Origin: Alkalispirochaeta sp.
GTDB taxonomy: Bacteria; Spirochaetota; Spirochaetia; DSM-27196; Alkalispirochaetaceae
Reading direction: 5' to 3'
Assembly: GCA_965242725.1 (NCBI GenBank)
Contig: CBDESZ010000012.1
Location: 32,001-96,000, forward strand
DNA length: 64,000 bases
Shown: piece after piece, positions 30,884-42,215 of the stretch
Position numbering within the stretch: position 1 is the stretch's first letter
Layout of the letters: each line of letters begins with the position of its first letter
Translations under genes and position numbers: made by a program
The notes under the pieces: generated by a model
Told to the model about the DNA's origin: nothing
The model's database searches: none
What the model saw: only the letters and a program-made list of their open reading frames with translations

Positions 30884-31034
30884 ACGGATATTGTACACCC
30901 TCTGATCCGTTTCGTCCCGCGCACAACGCACTGCTTCTCCCGAGCGACACAAGGGAGGTCCTGCCCGCAATCGACGTGACCGGTGCATGGGCAGCCATGT
31001 TTTCTGTATACTCGACGGAAAGGGAGTAAAAAAC

Positions 31035-31463
31035 ATGGCCAGAAGAAAAGCGACATCCACCGGATCACCGGGAAGTCCGGCAGGCATCCTCCAGCTCGTC
31101 ACGGGGGTCTATCTCGTCATGCTGGGCATCTCCGAACTCATCGCCTACAACTCCGAGATCAACTCGCTGATAAGATCGGTGTCCCGGGCCTTCGGCGGCG
31201 GAGGGGACGTCATGACCATTGTCGTCGCCGTCCTGGAGATCCTCGCCGGTCTCTTCCTGCTGTGGGCGCTGGTCGGCAGCGTGCCGGCGCGGACCGTATT
31301 TCTCGGCGCGAAGGTGATCGCCCTCCTCTGGATCGTCCGGGTTGTGATCGTCCTCGTCTTGAACGACCCCTTGGAGCCCACCGGACTCGTCTGGGTAACC
31401 GAGCTCTGCGGCGCCCTCATCCCGGGACTCGGGATCTGGGTCGTGGCCAATCGGTATCGGTGA
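31035..31463 (+). CDS. Hypothetical membrane protein (4 TM)
   Basis: GGGAG RBS; four hydrophobic segments. Confidence 0.7.
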   Translation: MARRKATSTGSPGSPAGILQLVTGVYLVMLGISELIAYNSEINSLIRSVSRAFGGGGDVMTIVVAVLEILAGLFLLWALVGSVPARTVFLGAKVIALLWIVRVVIVLVLNDPLEPTGLVWVTELCGALIPGLGIWVVANRYR

Positions 31464-31552
31464 CCGTGCGGGGCGGGGATAATACTTCCGCCATCCACAA
31501 TAACATTCGCAACAAAGCGAGGTGCTCTTTTTCGCGCTGGTAATTCCTACCG

Positions 31553-34500
31553 GTGCATACAACGATCGACACGATAGATATTGCGACGTTCCTCTCCGAC
31601 CCGGCGATGTACTACCGGTCGGTACACTACCATAAGGCGGGTCGGGTGCGGGCAATGTCCCTCACCGAGGCCGGGGTCGTCGCCGAGGTACGAGGTTCCG
31701 GCGGTCGCATGTATACGGTCGGTATCGCCTGTACCAACGGTCGGGTGGAAGCGCGCTGCACCTGCCCGTATCCGCGCAGGTGCAAACATATCGGTGCGGT
31801 GCTCCTGGAGCTCCAACAGAGAGACCCTTCGCCGCGCCCCGGGACCGCACGAGAAGTCGCGTTACCGGTTACCCTCATCGATCGACGGGAGCGCGCCCTC
31901 ACTGCGGGAAAACGGGTTCTCGCTGTCGTCCTCGCCGCCACGTCGTCTGGTTACCCGGGAGTCGAGATCGAACTGTACGTCACCGCGATGACACAATACA
32001 TCCGGAAGGACGGTACGGGGGGGCGCACTCTCAAAATGGCGTCCCGACATCGCCTGTTATGCCGGCACCCCGGAAGAGATTGCACTGCTGTCGATCCTGA
32101 ACCGCCGGGTACGGCACAGAATCCCTTTTGAAAGGATCCTCCCGGGCCAACTGCGGCAACGGAAACGGCTCCCCTTGTGGATAAAACGAAATTCCCTGCT
32201 CATTCCGGTGTCCGTTCACCGCGCCCGGGCAGTGGATCTCTTTTTCTATCCCGTTGTGTACCGCGGCGGACGCGTGCTTTTCACCACAGAAGTGGTGATT
32301 ACGACGGACACTGACCAAACAATCACCTTCGATCCTCTCCATGACGTCAAAGGGACCGGCAACAAAGGTAACCGGTTTACCATTTCCACTTGCGCACTGC
32401 CGACGACGTCTATCCCGGACATGTGGTACGGCCGTATAGGAGACTCTACGCTGTTTGTCCATACCACTACCGGCGCGGTCCTATTCATCGAAGATTCCGC
32501 CGCCATGCACAGCCTCCACCGTATGGGATATGCCTCAGGGCACACCCTCACCCGCGCGGAAATCGGAAAACTCTCGGCCGTCGCGACGGCGGATGCACAA
32601 CGTGGTGATTTACATCCGAGTAACGACCGCGAGGGACGGACACCCGTGACGATCCATCGTCCCCCCGGCAAGGCGTATATCAACATCGGATCGACAAGGC
32701 CCGTCGTGGAAATAACAACCGACGGCGGCGTCACCGTGACAACCCGTACGGTACCGTCGGAACCGCCGGCCCCTCCGTTTCCGGAGGATGACATTCTCAT
32801 TCTTGACGTGGTCTCTCCCGCCAGGGAGGCCACCCTTCGCCGCCGGACACGCACGCAATGTCTGGAACTTCTCCGTCCGTTTCGTCCGCATCTGGATGAG
32901 GACGACCACATCGTCTGCGCCGCGGCGGTCGTCGATATCGTCGAGGTACTCGCGCAACCGATACTCGACGCAGGCGGTGAGATCCAGGTGGAGGGAACTC
33001 CTTTTCGGAGTGCTTCGTTTTCAGCGTCCCTTCGCGTCGTCTCCGCGGGAGAGGATTGGTTTGATCTTCGCCTCATGGTGTCGGTAGACGGGAGGGAAGC
33101 CGAGATCGACCCGGAACGTGCCATCGCCCGCACCGCCGACGGTGAAATGATCCTCGTCAGGGACATCGCCGGGCTGAACCGACTCAGACAACGGCTCAGG
33201 AAGCGCCTTAATTTGAATGTCGACGGCACCGCCCGCATCACCGCAGGCGATCTGTCCGCAATAGAAGAGATTACCGACCTCCTCACAATCGGCTCCTCCG
33301 GGATTGAATCCCGGGCTGCAGCAATGATTCGCCAAACGAGGGAACGCCGTAAAGGATGGCTCCGCCTCGCCGGACAGCTGGATCACCTCGACCGGAGTGA
33401 GCCGCCGGGGTTCGGCACGACACTCCGGCCATATCAGCGATACGGCTATGCGTGGCTCACGGCAAGCCTCGACGCAGGCCTTGCCCCGCTCCTCGCCGAC
33501 GAGATGGGACTGGGAAAGACGGTACAAACCCTCGCGGTATTGCAGGAACGGGTTCACTCCGGGCAGATCACGTCTGCCCTCATCGTGGCGCCGACGACAA
33601 CGCTTGAAAACTGGCGGCACGAAGCAACCGTCTTTGCCCCCGCCGGGACGCCCTATCTCTACCACGGCAGGAACAGGTCCCTCCCGAAGGAAGCCCCTTG
33701 TTTAATGATCACCAGTTACCAGACGCTGCGGATGGATATCAACCTTGTGTGCGAGGTTACATGGGATATCGTCGTCTTTGATGAAATCCAGATGATCAAG
33801 AACGCCCTCACCAGGACGTATCAGGCGGCAAAAAAGGTGACCGCGACCCATCGAATCGCCCTGAGCGGTACCCCTGTAGAGAACACCTCTCTGGAACTCC
33901 ACGCAATCCTTGACCTCCTCAATCCGGGAATTCTCGGTACTCGTGCGGCCTTTATCCGCCGATTCGGCATACCCATCGAGGCGGAGGAAAGTCCCGAAGC
34001 GCGCCGTCACCTGCGGGAACTTCTCCGGCCTCTCATCCTTCGTCGACGAAAAGACGAAGTGGCCCGGGATCTTCCGCCCCGGGACGAGATTCCCCGCTAC
34101 GTCACCCTCCCGCCGGCGCAACGTCGTATCTACGATCGTATCCGCGACCAGTACCGTACACGGGTCATCACCGCGCTCCAGTCGGAGTCACCCCAGAAGA
34201 GTTTCTTTCTCATTCTTGAGGGCCTGACCCGGTTGCGCCAGGCCGCGGTCGACCATCGTCTCGTCCCGCCCGCAACGACGGCCGACGGGACTGACCGGCG
34301 CAGCCGCTCCGCCGCTTCGGCAACGGTCCGGGCAGCAGTCCCGGCGAAGATTGCCGCACTGGACGACCTGGTCCCCCGCATCGTTGGGGAGGGCCATCGG
34401 ATCCTGATCTTCTCGCAGTTTGTGCGGCTTCTGTCGATGCTCACCACCTGGGCGCAGGAACGCGGTCTGTCGTACTGCTATCTCGACGGTTCAATGAATC

Positions 34501-34853
34501 CGCGACAACGACGCACCGAGACGGAACGCTTTCAGCATCCGGCCGGACCACCCCTCTTTTTCATCAGCCTTCGCGCCGGAGGAACGGGCATCAACCTGAC
34601 CGGCGCGGACTACGTGATCCTCATGGATCCATGGTGGAACCCTGCGGTGGAAAACCAGGCGATCGACCGCACTCACCGGATCGGCCAATCCCGTCCCGTC
34701 ACCGCATACCGCCTCATATCCGCCGATACCGTTGAAGAAAAGATTGCCGCCGTCCAGGAACGGAAACGCCGTCTTGCCGCGGATATCATACCGGACGAGC
34801 GGACCATCCTCTCGACGTTGTCGACGGAAGAGTTACTGGACCTCTTTTCGTAG
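31553..34853 (+). CDS. SWIM zinc-finger SNF2-family helicase, frameshifted near 32050-32250
   Basis: CTCPYPRRCKH SWIM; LRPYQ, LADEMGLGKT, DEIQ, LSGTPVEN, DPWWNP, QAIDRTHRIGQ. Confidence 0.9.
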
Positions 34854-34899
34854 CACGAAAACGCACCGTTCCGGAGCCGTTCGAGAAAGAGGTACACCG

Positions 34900-34928
34900 T
34901 TGACACACCCTCCCTGGATTAGTAAGTT
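34900..34928 (+). promoter_or_regulatory. sigma70 promoter of thi operon
   Basis: TTGACA-N17-TAAGTT just upstream of the riboswitch. Confidence 0.6.
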
Positions 34929-34934
34929 TTCCCT

Positions 34935-35010
34935 ATCGGGGTGCTTTTCGTTGCGAAAGGCTGAGATCACACCCGCAGACCTGATCCGGGTAATGCCGGC
35001 GGAGGGAACC
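34935..35010 (+). ncRNA. TPP riboswitch
   Basis: GGGGTGC...CTGAGA...ACCCG...ACCTGATCCGGGTAATGCCGGCGGAGGGAA upstream of thiamine ABC transporter. Confidence 0.95.
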
Positions 35011-35078
35011 TGCCCGGCTTGTTTCAAGCCACACTCAGTCTCGTAACCACCTCGGAAATAAAATTCCGGGAGGTTTTT

Positions 35079-36146
35079 ATGTTTATTTCACTACACAGGC
35101 TCAGCCGCACGCTCCTCATGGCGTTGCTGACAGCCGCAGTCTTCTCTCTTTTTCTTTCCTGTACCGAACGCGAGGCGTCACAGGACGCCCGGCCCGAGGA
35201 ACCGGCGGAGCCGTCCGACCGGGTGGTCATCTACACCTACGACGCCTTTCCCGAGTCCCTGGAGGAGGCGATCTCCGCCCACATGGAGGGGGAATACGGG
35301 GTCTCCGTCACCACCGAGCGCCTTCAGGACACGGGAGGCCTCTACAATGAGCTCATTCTCACCCGGGACGAGGAAGTCGCGGATGTGGTGATCGGGCTGG
35401 ACAACACCTACATCGGCAAATCCCTTGAAGCGGAGCTCTTTCAGCCCTATCGTCCCGCGGAGCTTGAAGCGGTACGGGAAGAGCTTCTCCTCGATCCGAC
35501 CAACCACCTCACCCCCTTCGACTACGGTAACGTCGTCCTGAATTACGACAGCGAGGCCGTCGCAAATCCGCCGGAGACGTGGGAAGAGCTTCTTGACCCG
35601 GCCTATCGGGAGTCCATCGTCCTCATGAACCCCGCCACCTCGTCACCGGGGCGCAACTTCCTTCTCCTTACCATCGATCAGTTCGGCGAGGACGGATATC
35701 TCGACTACTGGGAAGAACTGAAACCCAACATTCTCACCATTACCGCGGGGTGGTCAGAGGGATACGGCCTGTACACCCAGGGCGAGGCGCCCATCGTCCT
35801 CTCCTACGAGACGAGCCCCGCCTACCACATCGCTTATGAGGATACCCACCGATACAAGAACCTCATCCTCGACGGGGTGGGTTACGCCCAGATTGAGGTA
35901 ATGGGAATCCTCGCGGACGCGCCCAATCCGGAAAACGCACGGCTGGTGGTAGACTACATTCTGTCGGAGGATTTTCAGAGTCAAATCGCCCTCAACCAGT
36001 TCATGTTTCCCGTCCGGGAAGACATTGAACTTCCCGAGGCATTTACCGCCCTCGACCGACCGGCAACGTCGGTATTCATTGAAACCGACCGGGTGGACGA
36101 GAACTTTGAGCGGTGGCTCAATGACTGGGAAGCGGTGATGCGGTGA
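35079..36146 (+). CDS. thiB: Thiamine ABC transporter substrate-binding lipoprotein
   Basis: Lipobox FLSC; IYTYDAF, ADVVIGLDN, PFDYG, SSPG, GWSEGY, VLSYETSPAYH; TPP riboswitch. Confidence 0.9.
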   Translation: MFISLHRLSRTLLMALLTAAVFSLFLSCTEREASQDARPEEPAEPSDRVVIYTYDAFPESLEEAISAHMEGEYGVSVTTERLQDTGGLYNELILTRDEEVADVVIGLDNTYIGKSLEAELFQPYRPAELEAVREELLLDPTNHLTPFDYGNVVLNYDSEAVANPPETWEELLDPAYRESIVLMNPATSSPGRNFLLLTIDQFGEDGYLDYWEELKPNILTITAGWSEGYGLYTQGEAPIVLSYETSPAYHIAYEDTHRYKNLILDGVGYAQIEVMGILADAPNPENARLVVDYILSEDFQSQIALNQFMFPVREDIELPEAFTALDRPATSVFIETDRVDENFERWLNDWEAVMR

Positions 36147-37795
36147 CCTTCCAACGGACGGGATCGATTCCGACGGCGCGGATGGCCCTCTTCGGGGGGC
36201 TTTCTCTCTTCTTTCTTCTCTTTTTCCTCGCGCCGGTGGGATCGGTCTTCCAGCGCGCCGTCACGACGACTGCGGGTGAGTTCTGGCCGGCGGTGACAGA
36301 AATTTTCACCTCCTCACGGACGTGGTCCGTGGTGACCTTCACCGTCGGCCAGGCGACGCTCTCGGCAGTCGTTGCCGTCGTCGTCGCCCTCCCCGGGGCA
36401 TATCTCGTCGCCCACTACACCTTTCCGGGGCGGCGAATCGTCTATTCCCTCTCCCTCCTGCCCTTTGTTCTGCCCAGTATCATCGTCGTCGTGGCAATGA
36501 TCGGATTTTACGGCAAGAGCGGTCTCATCAACCGCATCCTGGGAACGGACTACAATCTGGTATACAACTTCCGTGGCATCATCCTTGCCCACGTCTATTA
36601 CAACTTCTCTCTGGCCATACGCACCATATCCACAGCGTGGACCGGAATCGACAAACGGTTCCGGGAGAGCGCCGAAAGTCTCGGCGACTCGACGGCGGGA
36701 ATCTTCTTTCGCGTCACCCTGCCTCTCCTGCTGCCGGCAATCTTTACGAGTTTCATCCTCGTATTCATCTACTCCTTCCTCAGCTTCGGCGTCGTCCTCG
36801 TCTTCGGCGGGATATCCTATGCCACCTTTGAGGTCGCCATTTACCGGGAGATGTTCATAAATCTCGACATCACCGCCGCGGCGGTCTACGCCTTTCTGCA
36901 GCTGCTCTTTTCCGGCCTCTTTATCGCAGCGAGCAGCAAATCGATCCACTGGACGCGCTCCGGCGCGGTGGATGTGAAAGACAAACTCCCGCCCCTGCGC
37001 CACGCATCCTCCGCGATTCGCATCGTCATGGGCTCATACATCGTCGTCCTGCTCCTCTTTGTTCTCGGCCCCATCACCACGATGATCTACCGCGCCTTCT
37101 CCACACCGGAGGGAATAATAAGCCTGGAGAACTTCCGGCAGCTCTTTATTCCCGGCGCGGGCGAGCGCAACGTGGAAAGCATCATGCGAAGCACCGTCGG
37201 CGGCGTCGTCCTGAGAAGTTTCCTTATCGCCGGGGCGTCGGGCACGCTGACCTTCGGCGTCGCCGCGGCTGCGGCGCTGAGCCTCCGCCGCCGCAGCCGC
37301 GCCTGGATGGACAGCGCCCTTCAAGTGCCCATCGCCATTTCTCTCGTCTCGGTGGGACTGGGGCTGCGGCTCCTGTGGCTGGATATTCTCCCCCCCATTT
37401 TCCTCATCGTCATAGGCCAGTTCTTTGTCGCCTTTCCCCTGGTCTTTCGCATCGTCCGGTCCGGCGTCGAGGAACTCAGCGAGCGGGTTGTAAACGCGGC
37501 GGAGATCCTCGGAGCGCGACGGTTTCGCGTCCTCAGGGATATCGAGATTCCCCTCCTGCGACGTACCTTTCTCAACGCCTACGCCTATTCCCTGGCATTG
37601 CCATTTGCCGACCTCACCGTGGTGATGGCCGTCGGACGCGGCAGGGTGGCAACCTTTCCCGTGGCAATCTATCGTCTCATCGGTTTCCGCAGCTTTGATC
37701 TGGCGCTGGCGATGGCGGTCCTCTACATCGCCGTCTGCTTTGCCCTCTTCTGGATCATCGACACAACCTCACTCCCGAGGAGCATGAAAACATGA
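36143..37795 (+). CDS. thiP: Thiamine ABC transporter permease
   Basis: Fused double TMD, ILAHVYYN, ESAESLG / NAAEILGA EAA loops. Confidence 0.85.
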   Translation: MTFQRTGSIPTARMALFGGLSLFFLLFFLAPVGSVFQRAVTTTAGEFWPAVTEIFTSSRTWSVVTFTVGQATLSAVVAVVVALPGAYLVAHYTFPGRRIVYSLSLLPFVLPSIIVVVAMIGFYGKSGLINRILGTDYNLVYNFRGIILAHVYYNFSLAIRTISTAWTGIDKRFRESAESLGDSTAGIFFRVTLPLLLPAIFTSFILVFIYSFLSFGVVLVFGGISYATFEVAIYREMFINLDITAAAVYAFLQLLFSGLFIAASSKSIHWTRSGAVDVKDKLPPLRHASSAIRIVMGSYIVVLLLFVLGPITTMIYRAFSTPEGIISLENFRQLFIPGAGERNVESIMRSTVGGVVLRSFLIAGASGTLTFGVAAAAALSLRRRSRAWMDSALQVPIAISLVSVGLGLRLLWLDILPPIFLIVIGQFFVAFPLVFRIVRSGVEELSERVVNAAEILGARRFRVLRDIEIPLLRRTFLNAYAYSLALPFADLTVVMAVGRGRVATFPVAIYRLIGFRSFDLALAMAVLYIAVCFALFWIIDTTSLPRSMKT

Positions 37796-38796
37796 TCACC
37801 TTTCAGCAGGTTAAAAAGTCCTATCCCGAATTTGACATGGCCATCGATTTCTCTATTCAGGAGGGTGAACTCGTTTCGATTCTCGGGCCGAGCGGAAGCG
37901 GAAAAACGACCACCCTGCGCCTCATCGCCGGATTTGAGACACCTGACGGCGGTCGAATCATGATCAACGACCGGGACGTCACCGGCCTCTCACCGGCACA
38001 GCGGCATATCGGCTACGTCTTTCAGGACTACACCCTCTTTCCCCATATGTCGGTCGCCGACAATGTGGGTTACGGACTGAAAATCCGGCGTCGCCCGGCA
38101 CCACAGGTCCGTGCCAAGGTGAGGCACCTCCTGGAGCTCGTAGACCTGCCGGGCTATGAGGAGCGGGACGTCGCCACCCTCTCCGGCGGAGAGCGCCAGC
38201 GGGTGGCCATCGCGCGGGCCCTGGCGGTGGATCCGGTACTTCTCCTGCTGGATGAACCGTTTTCTTCCATAGATGAGGTCCTCCGCCGGGATCTCCGGGA
38301 TGAGATCGTCCGCCTGCAAAAGCAGCTGGGCATTACCGTCGTCTTTGTCACCCACAGCCGGCAGGAGGCACTGGCCATCTCCGACCGTGTGGCGGTCCTC
38401 AACAGCGGCACGATCATTCAATACGATACGGTGGAAGAGCTCTATCGCGCTCCCCGTGACGCATTTGTGGCGTCCTTTGTGGGAGAGGCCAACTTTGTCC
38501 CTCCCCGGGACGGGAAGTCGGGATCGGTTGTCCTGCGCCCGGAACAGATACGACTCATCGCCCCCGGCGACGGCGATCCGCCTGCGGACTTTGTCGTCCG
38601 CAACACGATTATAGATACCCATCAGTTTCTCGGCGCCGTTCACCGTTACGGCTGCGGCACCGAATCCTCCCCCGGCAAGGGCGGGTATATCGTGACTGAT
38701 CCACGGCGATTCCCGGTGGGAACGCACGTTCGACTGGCATATAATCCCGATGAGGGACATTTTCTTGGACAAGGAGCGCATGATGGCAACCTATGA
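37792..38796 (+). CDS. thiQ: Thiamine ABC transporter ATP-binding protein
   Basis: GPSGSGKTT, LSGGERQR, LLLDEP, VTH; operon context. Confidence 0.85.
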   Translation: MITFQQVKKSYPEFDMAIDFSIQEGELVSILGPSGSGKTTTLRLIAGFETPDGGRIMINDRDVTGLSPAQRHIGYVFQDYTLFPHMSVADNVGYGLKIRRRPAPQVRAKVRHLLELVDLPGYEERDVATLSGGERQRVAIARALAVDPVLLLLDEPFSSIDEVLRRDLRDEIVRLQKQLGITVVFVTHSRQEALAISDRVAVLNSGTIIQYDTVEELYRAPRDAFVASFVGEANFVPPRDGKSGSVVLRPEQIRLIAPGDGDPPADFVVRNTIIDTHQFLGAVHRYGCGTESSPGKGGYIVTDPRRFPVGTHVRLAYNPDEGHFLGQGAHDGNL

Positions 38797-39328
38797 GTTT
38801 TACGCCCCCTTTGCCCACATTCCGGGACGGTACGAACTGGCGCGGATTCATTCCACGACCCACGGATCCTTTGATACGTGGATCATCATCGAGTCCACCA
38901 CTGATCAACCCGTTACCGTCTACGTGAATGAAGAAAAGGGGCTGCGCTTCATGACTGAACGCTATCCCGAAAGTACCGCCATTCTCGTTCCGCCTGAATG
39001 CCTCGTCATAGAGAGTGACGGCTGGTCGCGAACCGTTACCGGCAACCTCATCCCGCCGGATTCGGTATCAGCCGCCGCCGGGCCCATCGCGGAGGGCCAC
39101 CTTGTATTCACGCAAGTAGGCAAGACGAGCCCGACAGCCGTTCCCTACGGTGGTGAAGACTTTGCCGTATGGGGCAGTCGATTCACCTGTTCCGGCGTCG
39201 ACATGGAAGTCCCCGCCCGGGTGCATGGAGAACTGGTCTTTGCCGACGGCACCTCCGAGCGTTTCGGCGGCGCCGCAGGCATCATTACCCTGGGGTCGTA
39301 CGGGATGATTGAGGAGCGGCATGCCTGA
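38780..39328 (+). CDS. Hypothetical protein
   Basis: AAGGAG RBS, overlaps end of thiQ, 182-aa ORF. Confidence 0.6.
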   Translation: MMATYEFYAPFAHIPGRYELARIHSTTHGSFDTWIIIESTTDQPVTVYVNEEKGLRFMTERYPESTAILVPPECLVIESDGWSRTVTGNLIPPDSVSAAAGPIAEGHLVFTQVGKTSPTAVPYGGEDFAVWGSRFTCSGVDMEVPARVHGELVFADGTSERFGGAAGIITLGSYGMIEERHA

Positions 39329-39448
39329 GCGCGACGGGGATTGACCGAGAATTCCCAATCCAATAAGTTAAGACGGTCCGGTTGGTCGACAGAGGCGCTC
39401 GCCGCCTCGTTACCATTCGCCTCGCGAGAAGAGGCATAGCCGGTACAT

Positions 39449-39522
39449 GCCCCGGTAGCTCAGCAGGATAGAGCAACTGCCTCCTAAGCAGTAGGTCACC
39501 CGTTCGAATCGGGTCCGGGGTA
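39449..39522 (+). tRNA. tRNA-Arg (anticodon CCT)
   Basis: Cloverleaf GCCCCGG/CCGGGGT, D-arm GCTC/GAGC, anticodon arm ACTGC-CTCCTAA-GCAGT, T-arm ACCCG-TTCGAAT-CGGGT; no encoded CCA. Confidence 0.97.
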
Positions 39523-39523
39523 A
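39479..39523 (+). repeat. attL core (3' part of tRNA-Arg)
   Basis: gcctcctaagcagtaggtcacccgttcgaatcgggtccggggtaa. Confidence 0.95.
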
Positions 39524-39674
39524 TTTATAAACCATTTTAATATAACGATTTATTAACACGGTACTAAGCGCCTTCGGGCGTTTTTTTATTATCTGTTGCA
39601 GAAACGGTTGCAACTTTTTATTGTGACTATTAGACATTTATGTTATATTCAATATGAGAGGTTAAAAATTAAGG

Positions 39675-41017
39675 ATGAGAGGCGCAAAACTACCGTATCC
39701 GGAACCATATAAATCTGAAGCAACTGGGGGTAAATTTCATTTCATGTTCCGAGATCCCCGAACGGGAAAACGACGAAAAAAGTCTACGGGGAAGACGAGT
39801 AAAACCGAGGCAATCAAGTTCATCAAAGCCTACATTGATGAACTGTCACGGAATACTAACGAAGATGGAGAGAAGCCCTTCAGGGAGTACGCTGCATGTT
39901 TCTTTATCGACGGCGAGTGTCCACGGCAGCAGCGCATGAGAAACGCCCGGAAATCTTTCGGTGCTCGTCATATGCGGGATATGCGGCAAAATTTGGAAAG
40001 GGTCATTGGTCGCCCTGCCAATGGTAGAAAAAAAGCCCGCAAATCTTTACCCTTTGCCGATCTAAAACTGTCAATGATTACCCGTTCCGACATATATGAC
40101 CTGCAAGATAAGCTGTCCCGGTCTCCCGGTGGACGAAGCGGACAATTAGCTTTTCAAGCGGTAAAAACCGTACTAAGCGAGGCAACCGAACGCGGCGTTA
40201 TAGAACGCTCTCCGGCAGACGGAATCGGCGCGTATAAACGGCCTGAAGCGGGAAGCGGGGAGAAAGGCGAGGAGAAAAGACGCGCCGCTTTCAATTATGA
40301 GGAGTACTCATTCCTATGGCAAAATCGAAACACAATTGCAAAACCATCGGCCAATGGTATCGGATGGGGGCGTATAGTTGACGGTGCCGATGACGATCCC
40401 CGGCACGTCATGACGCTATCGCTTCTATTGGCTCTAGGCGTCCGTGTTTCTGAATTGCGCGCCTTACGATGGCGACATGTAAACCTTGAAACCGGAACGA
40501 TAGACATCGTGGAAGCATTCAAGGGCGGTAACGCGGGCGACGCTATAGGCTTGCCGAAATGGGGAAAGACCCGCCCCGGTCTCAAAATACCAGTACCATT
40601 GATAGGTGACCTTAAGACCTACAGGCAACATATGGAAACAAGAGACACCTCACTTGTTCGCCCTGACACTTTCATTATTTGCAATCCTGAAGGCGGCCCA
40701 GTCGGGGAAACTTTCGTACAGAAAACGTGGAAAACGATTAAGAAAAACACCGGTGATTCAATCGGCTGGACTGACCGATGGTTAACACCTCATTCCTGCC
40801 GACACACTTTGAACACACTTCTATTAATCAATGAAGCACCGCCGTTGCAGATTCAAACTTTTCTTGGATGGGAGAGCGCCGCCGGAAAAGCGCTAGCTGA
40901 AATGCAACGTGGTTATATGGTCATCTTGAAATGGCCGGAACGGCGAAAGTTGCGGAAGCAATTGCCGAAATACTGGAACTTTCAGAAGCGGAAAACGTAA
41001 TCACGATGACACGATAG
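39675..41017 (+). CDS. Tyrosine integrase (probable 2-nt frameshift near 40917)
   Basis: N-terminal arm-binding region; GVRVSE, LPKW, HSCRH, LGW, RGY; alternative frame continues YGHLEMAGTAKVAEAIAEIL to stop at 41017. Confidence 0.92.
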
Positions 41018-41055
41018 ATTTATAGCAAGTTGGCCCGTTTTTTGCTTCCATGTTG

Positions 41056-41084
41056 TTGACATTTGTTTTTATGTATGATAAATT
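41056..41084 (+). promoter_or_regulatory. sigma70 promoter upstream of excisionase
   Basis: TTGACA-N17-TAAATT. Confidence 0.55.
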
Positions 41085-41168
41085 AAATATTGTAACAAAT
41101 TTCTCAAATCAAACCGGTTAGTTCAGATATTGTTGAGGAAGGCTGAAGACCACCACAGAGGGGGTCGT

Positions 41169-41351
41169 ATGTCCAAACTCTACAACTACAATGAAGCCGC
41201 TGAATATCTCGGTATCAGTCCGTCCACACTTCGCAAATGGGTATGTAGCGGTAAAATCGCTTGCACCAAACTGGGCACCGGTCCCAAAGCTCCCGTCCGA
41301 TTCACTGAGGAACAACTTAAAGCGGTCTTGTCGGTTTATGCTGCTATTTAG
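41169..41351 (+). CDS. Excisionase / AlpA-like HTH DNA-binding protein
   Basis: LYNYNEAAEYLGISPSTLRKWVCSGKI...VRF; GAGGGGG RBS. Confidence 0.88.
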   Translation: MSKLYNYNEAAEYLGISPSTLRKWVCSGKIACTKLGTGPKAPVRFTEEQLKAVLSVYAAI

Positions 41352-41566
41352 CATAAGCTACCGATAAGAGAAAAATTTCTCCATATTGTATAATACATAA
41401 ATCGTCGAATTTACCGGCGTGCTAGTGACGGCGCAATGCTATTATTAGTGGTTTCTGTTTAATTTTTACGTGTATATGCCCTTGGTAAAGGTGTATCCAA
41501 ATGAATAAACAGACCTAATTAATAGCCTATCTGTACTAGCAATCTATTACCTATAGAGGCTAGTAA

Positions 41567-42188
41567 ATGTATCAATCAAATCAATCCACCAATCAACAAG
41601 TATTACCAATAGCAAAGGACACCTTTGAATCTATGGTAATCCCCGTTCCTTTCATCACTATTAGCAGACCATCATACTGGCATGATGACATGGATATAAC
41701 TCTTCCACAATATTCTATCCAAATCGAAACGAATGCTTTTCGGAAAAACCCGGATAGGTCAACAATCCACTATCACCGCCGTCTTTTCAGTTGAGCATCA
41801 CTCCCGCCACGGGATAGCAACTACGAATGAACACGTACATGCTTTGGTTACAATCGATTCCCCGGAATATTCCGACATCTTTTCGTTTACACTTTGGGAA
41901 CTGTTAGGCATGGACAAGAAGAAAGACCGTATCGATACCTTTCAAACAGACAACTATCCTTCAACTCGTAATGATTGGATTACTAACCGTCCCGTTACTT
42001 TTTCAATCGGTAACAGACAGATTAACTTCCCTCTCAAACCACAAATTTACAATCAACTAGATAACGATTTTCAATTAGCTAATCCATCAGACTATCAAGT
42101 AATCATGCACTATTCCGGCAAATCGGAAAGTCTGGAAAGGCGTTTCAACCTTGAACCTCTTTCATACTCCGGGTATTGGCAGGTATAA
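41567..42188 (+). CDS. Putative HUH rolling-circle replication initiator (frameshift in A-run ~41744-41748)
   Basis: Joined frames give motif I FITIS, motif II EHVHALV, motif III YSGK in canonical order. Confidence 0.55.
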
Positions 42189-42215
42189 TATGTTAGTTTT
42201 GTATCTGGTTTGGCT

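Noticed and set aside
30290..34853. Uma2 nuclease plus SWIM-SNF2 helicase as a defence system
   Set aside because: Both are common stand-alone genes, on opposite strands, with host-like composition and no methylase or other partners
41440..41448. TATTATTAG as a rolling-circle nick nonamer upstream of Rep
   Set aside because: One mismatch to TATTATTAC, only a weak stem, and likely by chance in AT-rich DNA
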